64,000 nt of DNA from an uncultured Candidatus Rokubacteria bacterium (lineage in GTDB: Bacteria > Methylomirabilota > Methylomirabilia > Rokubacteriales > CSP1-6): positions 102,477 through 166,476 of the forward strand of contig CAVYTA010000004.1 in the NCBI GenBank assembly GCA_963771355.1. The letters run 5' to 3'. The notes below the pieces were generated by a model. The model was not told the origin of the DNA. It did not search any database and worked only from the letters and a program-made list of their open reading frames with translations. Both the position numbers and the translations under genes were made by a program. Positions 1-9,826 of this stretch are shown here, in pieces (position 1 is the first letter of the stretch; every line of letters starts with the position of its first letter).

Positions 1-1
1 C

Positions 2-241
2 AACATGGAGCTCTATCTCGAGCGCGAGCTGGCCGACCGGCGGATCTTCCCCTCCTTCGACATGATGCGCTCCGGCACCCGGCGCGAGGAGCTGCTCTTC
101 ACCGCCGACGAGCTCAAGAAGATCCATCTCCTGCGGCGGGCTCTCTCCGGCCGCAAGCCCGTCGAAGCCATGGAGATGCTGCTGGACCGCCTCAAGCTGA
201 CCCCGACCAACGCCGCCTTCTTGAAGAGCTTCGGCGGCTAG
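2..241 (+). CDS. rho: Transcription termination factor Rho, C-terminal fragment (5' end lies outside the window)
   Basis: The translation ...ELYLERELADRRIFPSFDMMRSGTRREELLF...LKLTPTNAAFLKSF matches the conserved Rho C-terminus (E. coli ...[27 protein letters not shown]...). The frame is open to the window edge. Confidence 0.9.
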   Translation, partial: NMELYLERELADRRIFPSFDMMRSGTRREELLFTADELKKIHLLRRALSGRKPVEAMEMLLDRLKLTPTNAAFLKSFGG

Positions 242-251
242 CCCGCCGTCC

Positions 252-1043
252 TCACATCTCCATGAGGCGCATCACGCGGTAGGACTCGGCGGCGGCGAGC
301 TTGCGCTTCCGGCCCTGCTCGCGCGCCCACTCCGTGATCATCTCCGCGGGATCCCACTCGCCCATCTGGGTCTTGTGCTCGCGCAGGGCGGCGAGCTTCA
401 GGGGCAGGAATTCCCCGATGTCCACCCAGGTGTCCGGCCGGTCCGCGCCGTGGATCCACACCGACTCCACGTGATGCGGCTCCAGCCCCTCGTCGAGCAG
501 CTCGGGGAAGATGAGGCGCGTCTGGGCGGAGGGGAACACCGCATCCAGGGCCGCGTCCGCCGCCGCGCGATGGTCCGGGTGATTGAGATAGACGTTGCCG
601 TAGTAGCGCACGGTGGGGTCGCCGCAGACCACCACCGTCGGCTTGTGGATACGGATCAGCCGCGTGAGCGCGCGGCGGAGCGGAATGGACGGCTCGAGCA
701 TCCCGTCCTCGTACCCCATGAAGAACACCTCGGGGATTCCGAGCACGCGGCAGGCCTCACGCTGCTCGGTCTCTCTGATCGCGGTCAATGCGGTCCGCGT
801 CATCTCCTTCGGGGTCCACTGGTTCGAGCCGGCGCCGCCGCTGGTGATGCACACCGTGACGATGCGGCTCCCCGCCTTCGCCCACTTGGCCAGGGTGCCG
901 CCGATGGTGAACTCCTGGTCGTCCGGGTGGGCGTGGATGGACATCACCCGCTCGGGGGCGGCGGGCTCCGGCGCGTCGGCGGACCGGGGGCCGCCGCGCT
1001 CGGGGATGCCGGGGGTGAGGCTGTCGCCGTCGGTCTCGCTCAT
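252..1043 (-). CDS. PIG-L/LmbE family N-acetylglucosaminyl deacetylase-like protein
   Basis: AHPDDQE motif near the N-terminus, a later HPDH motif, and a length of 263 aa are typical of the PIG-L family. Confidence 0.8.
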   Translation of the reverse strand: MSETDGDSLTPGIPERGGPRSADAPEPAAPERVMSIHAHPDDQEFTIGGTLAKWAKAGSRIVTVCITSGGAGSNQWTPKEMTRTALTAIRETEQREACRVLGIPEVFFMGYEDGMLEPSIPLRRALTRLIRIHKPTVVVCGDPTVRYYGNVYLNHPDHRAAADAALDAVFPSAQTRLIFPELLDEGLEPHHVESVWIHGADRPDTWVDIGEFLPLKLAALREHKTQMGEWDPAEMITEWAREQGRKRKLAAAESYRVMRLMEM

Positions 1044-1088
1044 GTCGGGTCGCCGTCGCAGTGTACCACCGCGCTTGTGCTAGGCTAG

Positions 1089-2180
1089 TTGTCAGCCATG
1101 GCACGGAAGAAAGCGGCGGTGATCGGGGCGACGGGGATCGCGGGGCAGCAGTTCCTGGCCGCGCTCGCGGGCCATCCCCTCTTCGAGGTGACGGCGCTGG
1201 CAGCCTCCGAGCGCTCGGCGGGCAAGGTCTATCGCGACGCCATCACCGACGCGAGCGGCGCCTTCCGTTGGTACTGCGCGGAGCCGCTCGACCCGGCCTT
1301 TGCCGGCCTTGTGGTCCAGGACGCCGCCAAGCTCGACGCCACCTCGGTGGACGTGGTCTTCACCGCGGTGGAGTCGGATGCGGCGAAGGAGCTGGAGCCG
1401 CGCTACGCCAAGACCACCCCCGTGATCTCGACGGCCTCCGCCTTCCGCTACGAGGACGATGTGCCCATCTTCATCCCCGGCGTCAATCTCGACCATGATC
1501 GGCTCATCGCGGTGCAGAAGCGGCGGCGCGGCTGGACGGGCTTCGTCACCCCGGTGCCCAACTGCACCACCATGGGCCTGGCCATGACGCTCAAGCCGCT
1601 CCACGACGCCTTCGGGATACGCCAGGTGATCATGACGTCGCTGCAGTCCGTGTCCGGCGCGGGCCGCTCGCCGGGTGTGCTGACGCTCGACGTCATGGAC
1701 AACGTGATTCCTTATATCCCCAAGGAAGAAGAGAAGGTCGAGGCCGAAACCCGGAAGATCCTGGGCGTGGTGGAAGGCGACACCGTACGCCCGGCGGCCT
1801 TCCGCGTCTCTGCCACCTGCACTCGCGTGCCGGTGCTCGAGGGGCATACGGAGACGGTGAACGTCGCCTTCGACCGCGCGGCGACCCCGGACGACGTCAA
1901 GCGGGCTTTCCGGGGGCATGGGAAGGACTTCCTTGCCCTGGGCCTTCCCTCCGCGCCGTCGGCCCTCATCGACGTGAGCGAGGATCCGTTCCGACCGCAG
2001 CCGCGGCTGGACCGCGACCGCGAGCAGGGCATGCTGACCTCGGTCGGCCGCGTGCGCGTGGATCCGGCGCTGCCCAATGGCATCAAGTACGTGCTGGTGA
2101 GCCACAACACCAAGATGGGCGCCGCCCGCGGCGGTCTCCTGGTGGCCGAGTACCTCGCCCACCGCGGCTACATCTATTAA
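1089..2180 (+). CDS. asd: Aspartate-semialdehyde dehydrogenase
   Basis: N-terminal Rossmann motif VIGATGIAGQ, active-site PNCTT, SLQSVSGAG, 363 aa. An alternative start lies at 1098. Confidence 0.85.
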   Translation: MSAMARKKAAVIGATGIAGQQFLAALAGHPLFEVTALAASERSAGKVYRDAITDASGAFRWYCAEPLDPAFAGLVVQDAAKLDATSVDVVFTAVESDAAKELEPRYAKTTPVISTASAFRYEDDVPIFIPGVNLDHDRLIAVQKRRRGWTGFVTPVPNCTTMGLAMTLKPLHDAFGIRQVIMTSLQSVSGAGRSPGVLTLDVMDNVIPYIPKEEEKVEAETRKILGVVEGDTVRPAAFRVSATCTRVPVLEGHTETVNVAFDRAATPDDVKRAFRGHGKDFLALGLPSAPSALIDVSEDPFRPQPRLDRDREQGMLTSVGRVRVDPALPNGIKYVLVSHNTKMGAARGGLLVAEYLAHRGYIY

Positions 2181-2281
2181 TTTCAAATCTGCGCCGTTTT
2201 TAGAAGCTAAGCCGCGGTAAAGCGGCTCCACACGACCTTGGCCCCAGTCCGAGCAACAAGGCTCGACCGAGGAGAATCAAC

Positions 2282-3022
2282 ATGCGCAATCCGGAGCGTC
2301 TCGGCCGCCGAGCATTCCTCAAAGCCGCGGGCGTAACCGGCGCGGTCGCCCTCGTTGGCTCCGCGCTCCCGGGCCGAATTGCCTGGGCCGCCGCACTGAC
2401 CAAGGCTCAGCGCGACAAGATGACGCCGGACGAGATCATCCAGCTCATGAAGAAAGGCAATCAGCGCTTCCGAATGGGGCAGAAGACAACGCAGGACTAC
2501 TTGGGTCAGCAGAGAGCGAGCGCGAAGGGACAGTATCCGGCCGCGGTGCTCCTGAGCTGCATCGACTCCCGCGCGCCGGCCGAGACGATCATGGACCTCG
2601 GCATCGGCGACGTGTTCAACACCCGCGTGGCCGGCAACGTCGCCAACGACGACATTCTCGGTAGCATGGAGTTCGCCTGCAAGATATCCGGCGCGAAGGT
2701 CGTGCTGGTGATGGGCCACACCGCGTGCGGCGCGATCAAGGGGGCCATCGACCGGGTCCAGCTCGGCAACCTCACCGGCCTGCTCGCCAAGATCCAGCCG
2801 GCGGTGGATGCCACCGCGTATCAAGGCGAGCGCTCCGCGAAGAACTACGGCTTCGTCGACGCCGTGGCGCGAAAGAATGTCGAGCTCACCATGGCCGAGA
2901 TCCACAGCCGTAGTGCCGTCATCGCGGCGCTCGAGACCACGGGCGCCGTTAAAATCGCCGGGGCGATGTACAACCTGGAAACGGCGGCGGTCGATTTCCT
3001 GCCCTTCACGCCCAGCCGATAG
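2282..3022 (+). CDS. Beta-class carbonic anhydrase with twin-arginine export signal
   Basis: Tat-like signal RRAFLKAAGVTGAVAL...AWA. Beta-CA zinc-ligand motifs SCIDSR and GHTACGAIKGA. Confidence 0.85.
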   Translation: MRNPERLGRRAFLKAAGVTGAVALVGSALPGRIAWAAALTKAQRDKMTPDEIIQLMKKGNQRFRMGQKTTQDYLGQQRASAKGQYPAAVLLSCIDSRAPAETIMDLGIGDVFNTRVAGNVANDDILGSMEFACKISGAKVVLVMGHTACGAIKGAIDRVQLGNLTGLLAKIQPAVDATAYQGERSAKNYGFVDAVARKNVELTMAEIHSRSAVIAALETTGAVKIAGAMYNLETAAVDFLPFTPSR

Positions 3023-3381
3023 GCCCGCGATCAGGAGGAAGGGTCAGCGCGTGGCAGCGGTACCAGCGCATGGCCGACTACGAGGTCGTCTTCCAGGCGC
3101 GGGATGACGGGCGCGAGGTCACCGTGCCCTCGTTTGGGGCTAGCAGACTCGGCGCCCGGGGAACCCATACCGCGGCTCTCGTTCACCCTGGGTGCCTACC
3201 CTCTCACGACCGCTAGTCTCCGAAGGCACTCCAGCTAGCCTCGGCAGCCCAGACTAGGGTATCCGACCACGTCTTGAACTCGATCTGAAACGATCCCGTC
3301 TGAAGTGATCATGAGCACCCGGGCGGCCCGCGTTCTCCGTCGGTCGTGCCGGCGGCGGGCCTGGCCGCGAGGAACGCCGGG

Positions 3382-3978
3382 TCAGCGGGCGGGGTCGCCG
3401 GGCGGCAGCACCTCGTTGAAGACCGGGCGTGTCTTCCACTCGGGAATGGGCGGCGTATGCCCCTCGCAGGGCGCGTACTCCGAGGTTTCGACCTGCTGCA
3501 TCTTGTGTATGTAGCGCGGGCAATTGGGGAAGATGGCCTCCGCGCGCACGCGCACGACGAGCTGCGCCCCCACGAAGTCGGCGAGAAGCGGATCGTTCTC
3601 GCGCCACTCCGCGCGGCCGTTCACCCGCAGTCGGCTCGGGCGCTCGAAGTCGATGAAGAGCATGCCGACCTGAGGATTCACCACGAGATTGCCCAGGCTC
3701 TTGAACATGCCGTTGCCGTCATAGCTCGGGAAGGCGAGGGTGTGCGGATCCAGCACGCGGACGAAGCCGGGCCGGCCGCCCTTGTACGAGCAGTCCGGCC
3801 GGCCCTCGGCATCGGCGGTGGCGAGGAAGAACATCGGCCGGCTCTCGATGAACTCGCGATCCTTGTCGGTGAAGGCCGTATGCGCCACCACTTCCACCAG
3901 GCGGTCGGCGAGTCGGCGGGTGGCGTAGCGGTCCTGAAGGCCCCGCGAGCCCTCGTGATACATGGGGATGTCGGTCAT
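3382..3978 (-). CDS. Pyridoxamine 5'-phosphate oxidase family (FMN-binding split-barrel) protein
   Basis: MFFLATADAEGRPDCSYKGG...FPSYDGNGMFKSLGN is typical of this family. The start was trimmed to the ATG at 3978, preceded by GAGGAGGG. The longer track ORF would overlap the upstream SDR gene. Confidence 0.7.
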   Translation of the reverse strand: MTDIPMYHEGSRGLQDRYATRRLADRLVEVVAHTAFTDKDREFIESRPMFFLATADAEGRPDCSYKGGRPGFVRVLDPHTLAFPSYDGNGMFKSLGNLVVNPQVGMLFIDFERPSRLRVNGRAEWRENDPLLADFVGAQLVVRVRAEAIFPNCPRYIHKMQQVETSEYAPCEGHTPPIPEWKTRPVFNEVLPPGDPAR

Positions 3979-4007
3979 GTCACCCTCCTCGCTCGGTTTG
4001 CGGAGGC

Positions 4008-4793
4008 TCAGCCGACGAAGACCCCGCCCGATGGATGCAGGAGCTCGCCGGTGAAGAACGACGCGTCGTCGGAGGCCAGGAACAGCGCGGTGGCCGCGAC
4101 CTCTTCCGGTGTCCCGTAGCGGCCCATGGGCGTGAGCTTCATGGCCCACTCCGAGCGCGCGGCGTCACCGCGCAGCGCCGCCGTCATGGGCGTCTCGATG
4201 AAGCCGGGCCCGATGGCGTTGACCCGGATGCCGTGGGGCGCCAGGTCCTGGGCCAGGCACTTGGTGAGCATCCAGACGCCGGCCTTGCTCACGCTGTAGG
4301 CGGCGCCGGACGACGGCATGCGCGACATGATGGAGGCAAGATTGATGAGGCTGCCGCCGCGCCGCTTCTGCGCCACCATCCAGCGCGCCACCGCGCGGTT
4401 CCCGTGGAGCACGCCCCAGAGATTGACGTCCAGCACCATACGGAAATCGGCGGTGGGGATGCTCAGCACATTGTGGGGGCGGGCGGAGTCGGGATCGGGG
4501 CGCGGGCTGCCGATGCCCGCCGCCGCCACCAGGATGTCCACGCCGCCGAACGCCTCGACGCAGCGCCGGACCATGGCGTCGTTGGCCGCCTCGTCGGTGG
4601 TGTCCACCGCCACCGCGATCGCGCGCCGGCCGTCGCCGTCGATCTTTCGCGCGGTGTCGGTGGCCGCGGCCAGGTCGCGGTCGGCCACGCAGATCTTGGC
4701 GCCTTCCTGGGCGAATCGCACCGCGCAGGCGCGTCCGATGCCGCTGGCGCCGCCGGTGATGAGCGCGACCTTTTCCGCGAGCCGTCCGGGCAT
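4008..4793 (-). CDS. SDR family oxidoreductase
   Basis: TGGASGIG cofactor motif, catalytic YSVSK, 261 aa. Confidence 0.85.
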   Translation of the reverse strand: MPGRLAEKVALITGGASGIGRACAVRFAQEGAKICVADRDLAAATDTARKIDGDGRRAIAVAVDTTDEAANDAMVRRCVEAFGGVDILVAAAGIGSPRPDPDSARPHNVLSIPTADFRMVLDVNLWGVLHGNRAVARWMVAQKRRGGSLINLASIMSRMPSSGAAYSVSKAGVWMLTKCLAQDLAPHGIRVNAIGPGFIETPMTAALRGDAARSEWAMKLTPMGRYGTPEEVAATALFLASDDASFFTGELLHPSGGVFVG

Positions 4794-4820
4794 GAGCGTC
4801 TCCTCTGGTGACCTTCGCGC

Positions 4821-6104
4821 CTAGTGACCTTCGCGGGGGGGCGGGGAGTCTTCGGAACCGCGGCCGCCGGCGCCCCCGACGCCGAGCGCCACCTCCCAGG
4901 CCTGCTGGGTGGCGATGTCCTGGGTCCACGGGCGCATCACGGCGCCGGCCCGCGCGTCGCGCGCGAACCGCTCCAGCGGATAGCGCTTGAGCAGCGCGCG
5001 CCCGCCGCAGATCCGGATGGCTTCCTGGGTGAGGGTGACCACGGAGCGTTGCACGGTGACGTGCGCGGCGCGCGCGCGCTGCACCGCCGCCACCGGCGCG
5101 TCGACCTGAGCCTCGGCGATGGCGTGGTAGTAGAGCGCCCGCGCGGCCTCGAGGGTGAAGAGCATCTCCGCCACCGCCTGCCCCTTGGTGGCGGCCTCGG
5201 TCTGGAGGCCCGGCGCCCCGGGGATCTTCCCGGTGAGATAGGCCACCGTGAAGTCCCACGAGGCCTGCATGATCCCGAGGAAGGTCGCGGAGAAGGTCAA
5301 GGGGGAGAGATGCGGGAAGGCATTGTACATGGCGCCGAAGAGGCCGGCCGGCAACACATCGCCTTCATCCGGGACGAAAACGTCCTTGAGAACCATGTCC
5401 AGGCTGACCGTGCCCCGCATGCCCATGGGGTCCCACTCGCCCGGAAAGCTCACCCCGGGCGCGTCCTTCGGCACCTTGAGATAGAGCGTGCGCTCGATCC
5501 AGGGCTCGTCGCCAAGCCGGATGGCCGGCGTGGCGAAGTAGGGCGCGGCGCCCGCGAGAGAGACGAAGAATTTCCGGCCGTTCACCACATAACCGCCGTC
5601 CACCTTGCGAGCGGTGGTCCCGAAGCGCCGCCCGCCCATGGTCAGCGCGGTATCGGTTTGCCCCTGCTCGACCGGCTCACTATGCGGCTGGCCGTAGTAG
5701 ACGCCGTCCTGCACCACTTCCCGGAACTTCTCGGCCCGGAGCTTCTCGTGGCGCTCCCGCGTCCGCTCGGGCATGGGCATGGCGTCGGCGATGACCCCCA
5801 TCATCAGCATGGTCAGGCAGTGCATGTTGAAGGTCAGTGAGGTCGAGGCATTGCCCTGGGCAATCTGCTCCGCAACGAGGCAGTAGGTCTCGTAGGACGC
5901 CCCGAGCCCGCCGAACCGCTCGGGCACACAGAGCCCCAGAAGCCCCGCCGCCCGCAAGTCCGCGTAATCATCGAAGGGGAAGGAGGCCTCCCGGTCATGA
6001 CGGTCGGCGCGGGGCGCGAACCGCTCCCGGGCGAGGCCCCGGGCGAGCGCGATGAGCTCCTGCTGGCGGGGAGAGGAACGTACGTCCACGCGACCCGATA
6101 CCAT
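4821..6104 (-). CDS. Acyl-CoA dehydrogenase family protein
   Basis: Length and layout fit the ACAD fold (N-terminal helical, middle beta and C-terminal helical parts), e.g. GLLGLCVPERFGGLG. It lies 27 nt upstream of the SDR gene on the same strand. Confidence 0.75.
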   Translation of the reverse strand: MVSGRVDVRSSPRQQELIALARGLARERFAPRADRHDREASFPFDDYADLRAAGLLGLCVPERFGGLGASYETYCLVAEQIAQGNASTSLTFNMHCLTMLMMGVIADAMPMPERTRERHEKLRAEKFREVVQDGVYYGQPHSEPVEQGQTDTALTMGGRRFGTTARKVDGGYVVNGRKFFVSLAGAAPYFATPAIRLGDEPWIERTLYLKVPKDAPGVSFPGEWDPMGMRGTVSLDMVLKDVFVPDEGDVLPAGLFGAMYNAFPHLSPLTFSATFLGIMQASWDFTVAYLTGKIPGAPGLQTEAATKGQAVAEMLFTLEAARALYYHAIAEAQVDAPVAAVQRARAAHVTVQRSVVTLTQEAIRICGGRALLKRYPLERFARDARAGAVMRPWTQDIATQQAWEVALGVGGAGGRGSEDSPPPREGH

Positions 6105-6156
6105 CCCGGCCGCGGCCCTGTCAAGGAAGCGTCGCGGGGAGCACGTCCACTGGGCT

Positions 6157-7758
6157 TCAATCGTCCAGTGAGATCTCTCCGAGACCGATGCGAATGGCCT
6201 CCACGTCGAGCTCCCCTTCCAGCCGGTGCAGGACCTCGTCGCTCACCACGCCCTCGTCGCGGAGCGCAATGAGCGCCCGCCGCTCGGCGGTGAGGGTCTC
6301 ATGTCGGAGCCGGCGATAGGCGGCGCGACCGACGGCGTTGCCATCGTCCATCGAGAGTGAGGAGGCGCGCTGAAGCCGCTGGCCGTAGAGAGCCTTGAGG
6401 CGCTCGACATCCTCCCGGCGTGAAGCCGTGTCCCGTGCCAGCTCCTCCAGCCGCGTGAGCGCGGCCCGCGCCGCCGCCTCGCGCGCCCAGGCTTCTTCCA
6501 GATCCAGCGTCTCGTCCTCGGCCAGCCGCAGCCGGCGGATGAGGGGGGTCAAGGTCAGCCCCTGCAGCACCAGCGTCGAGAGAATCACCCCGAAGGTGAA
6601 GAGGATGATCTCGTCGCGGAAGGGGAAGCGCGCGCCGCCCGCGATCGTCACCGGCAGCGCGAGAGCGGCCGCGAGCGAGACGACGCCCCGCATCCCGATC
6701 CACGAAACCAGCAGGATATACGGCCACGGCGGAATGGGATCGCGGCGCCGCAATGCGGGACTCAGGAGTCGTGGGATCACCGTGATGAGAGGGACCCAGA
6801 CCAGCCGAACCCCGATGGCGGCGGCGCTGATGAGGGCGCCCTGCCAGAGCAAGGTGCGCGGCGAGCCGGGCAGCCCGGCCTCGCGGATCGCCCCGAGCTG
6901 AAGTCCGATGAGGATGAAGATGAGCCCATTGAGGATGAAGAGGAGCAGATCCCAGACCGCGCGGGCCTGCACGCGGGTGATGGGTGAGATCTGCGCGCTG
7001 AAACCCTGCCGGACATAGAGTCCACCCGCCACGCAGGCGAGAACCGCGGAGGTGTGAAAGCGCTCGGCCAGGATCCAGGCCACGTAGGGTGCCAGCAGAG
7101 TGATCGCAATCTGGGGCAGGCTCTCGCCGACCAATCGCGCCGCGCGCGCACCGAGAAATCCCACCACGAGGCCGATGATCGTCCCTCCTGCCGCGGCGAG
7201 GACGAACTGCCACACGGTATCCGTGGCCACGAAGACACCCGTCACCGTGGCGGCGATCGCCACGCGATACAGGATCAGGGCCGCAGCGTCGTTGACCAGG
7301 CTCTCGCCCTCGAGGATGGTGACGAGTCGATAGGGGATGCGGAGCTTCCGGGCGATGCTGGTGGCGGCAACGGCGTCGGGTGGTGAGACGATGGCGCCCA
7401 GCGCGAAGGCCACCGGCCAGCTCATGCCCGGGATGACCGCCCTCGCCACCACCGCCACGGCGGCGGTGGTGACCACGACCAGTCCCACCGCGAGGAGGGT
7501 GATAGGACGGAGATTGAGGCGGAAATCGCGCAGGGAGGTGAAATACGCCGCCGACCACAGGATGGGCGGCAGGAAGATCAGGAACACGATTTCCGGGTCG
7601 AGGGGCACGACGGGTAGCCGGGGGACGAAGCTGAGCGCGAGCCCGCCCAGCACGAGGAAGATCGGATCCGGAATCAGGATGCGGCGGGCGAGCGCGGTGC
7701 AGACGAGAACCGCGACCAGCAACAGGACGAGCGTATCGAGAGAGTAAAAGCTCTCCAT
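6157..7758 (-). CDS. Na+/H+ antiporter (CPA1/NhaP type)
   Basis: Only the C-terminal 533 aa of the 1261-aa track ORF are protein-like. They start at MESFYSLDTLVLLLVAV (ATG 7758). The protein is polytopic and contains LEGESLVNDAAALILYR, typical of bacterial CPA1 antiporters. Confidence 0.8.
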   Translation of the reverse strand: MESFYSLDTLVLLLVAVLVCTALARRILIPDPIFLVLGGLALSFVPRLPVVPLDPEIVFLIFLPPILWSAAYFTSLRDFRLNLRPITLLAVGLVVVTTAAVAVVARAVIPGMSWPVAFALGAIVSPPDAVAATSIARKLRIPYRLVTILEGESLVNDAAALILYRVAIAATVTGVFVATDTVWQFVLAAAGGTIIGLVVGFLGARAARLVGESLPQIAITLLAPYVAWILAERFHTSAVLACVAGGLYVRQGFSAQISPITRVQARAVWDLLLFILNGLIFILIGLQLGAIREAGLPGSPRTLLWQGALISAAAIGVRLVWVPLITVIPRLLSPALRRRDPIPPWPYILLVSWIGMRGVVSLAAALALPVTIAGGARFPFRDEIILFTFGVILSTLVLQGLTLTPLIRRLRLAEDETLDLEEAWAREAAARAALTRLEELARDTASRREDVERLKALYGQRLQRASSLSMDDGNAVGRAAYRRLRHETLTAERRALIALRDEGVVSDEVLHRLEGELDVEAIRIGLGEISLDD

Positions 7759-7944
7759 CGGGCCAGTATAGTGGACCGGAGACCCTTGATCCGCGCGACC
7801 ACCCGCCGACCCCACCGGCAGCGAATCGTTGTAAAGGTCGAAGACGGGTTGAGCAGGACCTACCGAGTCGTTCCTACGCTCCGCATTATCGCTGGCGCCT
7901 TCCCGAACGACCTGCCGGGCCGGTAAAGATCGCCTGGCACGCTC

Positions 7945-9807
7945 ATGCCACGGGTCGCGCCCTTCGTCGGAACTCCGCATGAAATCGAGACTCAAGATGG
8001 ACGGCATTCGGCTTGCTTGGAATCGAAGGGAAAGCGGAGCTACGAGTCGACCAGGGAGGCGGCATTGACGGTGGAACGAGTACCGCGCGGCCGCGCCGCG
8101 CGTGCGGCCGCGCGACCGACGCCGGCGATCAGCGATCTCTGGTACAAGAACGCGGTCATCTACTGCCTTTCCGTCGGTACCTTCATGGACGCCAACGGAG
8201 ACGGAGTCGGGGACTTCCAGGGGCTCATGCGCCGCCTGGACTACCTCCACGGGCTCGGCGTCACCGCGATCTGGCTCATGCCGTTCCAGACCTCGCCCTG
8301 CTGCGACGACGGCTACGATGTGTCCGACTACTACGGCGTGAATCCCGCGTACGGGACACTGGGCGACTTCGTCGAGTTCACCCACGGCGCCAAGCAGCGG
8401 GGGATTCGCGTCATCATCGACCTGGTGGTCAATCACACCTCCGATCAGCATCCGTGGTTTCAGGAGGCGCGCCGCGATCCCAAGTCCCGGTACCGCGACT
8501 GGTACGTCTGGTCCGATAAGAAGCCGGCCAATGCGAACCAGGGCATGGTCTTTCCCGGCGTGCAGAAGTCGACCTGGTCCTATGACAAGGAAGCGCGCGC
8601 CTGGTACTTCCACCGCTTCTACGACTTCCAGCCGGATCTCAACACCTCGAACCCGCACGTCCAGGCGGAGATCCTCAAGATCATGGGGTTCTGGATCCAG
8701 CTCGGGGTCTCCGGGTTCCGGATGGACGCGGTGCCGTTCCTGATCGCGACCAAGGGCGGGCGCGTCAAGAAGGCGGTGGCGCAACTCGAGATGCTGCGGT
8801 CGCTGCGCGCGTTCCTCCAGTGGCGGGTCGGCGACTCCATCATCCTGGGCGAGGCGAACGTCTCGCCGGAAACCGGCCTGGACTACTTTGGCAAGGACGG
8901 CGACCGGATGCACATGATGTTCAACTTCCACGTCAATCAGAACCTGTTCTACGCGCTGGCCGCGTCCGACTGCCGCCCGCTCGTCCGCTCGCTGAAGGCC
9001 ACGGACTACCGCCCGGAGGCGGCGCAGTGGGGCCTGTTCCTGCGCAACCACGACGAGCTGGACCTGGGCCGGCTGACCGAGGAGCAGCGCCAGCAGGTGT
9101 TCAAGGCCTTCGGCCCCGAGGAGAGCATGCAGCTCTACGGGCGGGGCATCCGGCGCCGGCTCGCCCCCATGCTCAACGGCGATCGGCGGCTCATCGAGCT
9201 GGCCTACAGTCTGCTGTTCACGCTGCCCGGGACGCCGGTCCTCCGCTATGGCGATGAGATCGGCATGGGCGACGACCTGAAGCTGCCGGAGCGCAACTGC
9301 GCGCGCACGCCGATGCAGTGGTCGGCGGAGCCCCAGGGCGGATTCACCACCGCGGACAAGCCCATCCTGCCCGTGATCAGCGAGGGGCCCTACAGCTATC
9401 AGCATGTCAACACCGCGGAGCAACGGCGGGACCCGAAGTCCTTGCTCAACTGGACCGAGCGTATCGTCCGCATGCGGAAGGAGATCCCGGAGGTCGGCTG
9501 GGGCGAGTTCGAGGTCCTGCCGATGCGGAGCCCCGCGGTGCTGGCGCTCCGCTATGACTGGCGCAACAACTCGGTAGTGTTCCTGCACAATCTCTCGGAC
9601 AGCCCGCGGGAGGTGACGTTCTCCACCGGGGTGCGCGGCCCGGAAGGCCGGGTGCTGGTGAATCTGCTCAGCGACAACCACAGCTACGCGGCCAAGGACG
9701 GCAAGCATCGCCTGCTCCTCGAGGCGTACGGGTATCGCTGGTACCGGGTCGGCGGCCTCGACTACTTGCTCAAGCGCAGCGAGATCGAGACGCCCGCGCG
9801 GGACTGA
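7945..9807 (+). CDS. treS: GH13 alpha-amylase family enzyme, trehalose synthase (maltose alpha-D-glucosyltransferase)-like
   Basis: LWYKNAVIY...DANGDGVGDFQGL...DLVVNHTSDQHPWF...GFRMDAVPF...LGEAN...FLRNHDELDL...GIRRRLAPMLNGDRRLIELAYSLLFTLPGTPVLRYGDEIGMGD closely follows TreS signatures. The true start is probably TTG 8065 or GTG 8071, just after a GGGAGG. Confidence 0.7.
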   Translation: MPRVAPFVGTPHEIETQDGRHSACLESKGKRSYESTREAALTVERVPRGRAARAAARPTPAISDLWYKNAVIYCLSVGTFMDANGDGVGDFQGLMRRLDYLHGLGVTAIWLMPFQTSPCCDDGYDVSDYYGVNPAYGTLGDFVEFTHGAKQRGIRVIIDLVVNHTSDQHPWFQEARRDPKSRYRDWYVWSDKKPANANQGMVFPGVQKSTWSYDKEARAWYFHRFYDFQPDLNTSNPHVQAEILKIMGFWIQLGVSGFRMDAVPFLIATKGGRVKKAVAQLEMLRSLRAFLQWRVGDSIILGEANVSPETGLDYFGKDGDRMHMMFNFHVNQNLFYALAASDCRPLVRSLKATDYRPEAAQWGLFLRNHDELDLGRLTEEQRQQVFKAFGPEESMQLYGRGIRRRLAPMLNGDRRLIELAYSLLFTLPGTPVLRYGDEIGMGDDLKLPERNCARTPMQWSAEPQGGFTTADKPILPVISEGPYSYQHVNTAEQRRDPKSLLNWTERIVRMRKEIPEVGWGEFEVLPMRSPAVLALRYDWRNNSVVFLHNLSDSPREVTFSTGVRGPEGRVLVNLLSDNHSYAAKDGKHRLLLEAYGYRWYRVGGLDYLLKRSEIETPARD

Positions 9808-9826
9808 GCGGCGACCGGCCGTTCGC

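Noticed and set aside
3070-3216. 48-aa ORF MADYEVVFQARDDGREVTVPSF... resembling the N-terminus of HicB antitoxins, in a 360-nt intergenic region unusually rich in CTAG (4 occurrences in about 110 nt)
   Set aside because: The similarity covers only about 20 residues. The remainder does not continue as HicB in any frame, and no HicA-like partner is nearby. At best it is a decayed remnant, so I did not report it as a feature.
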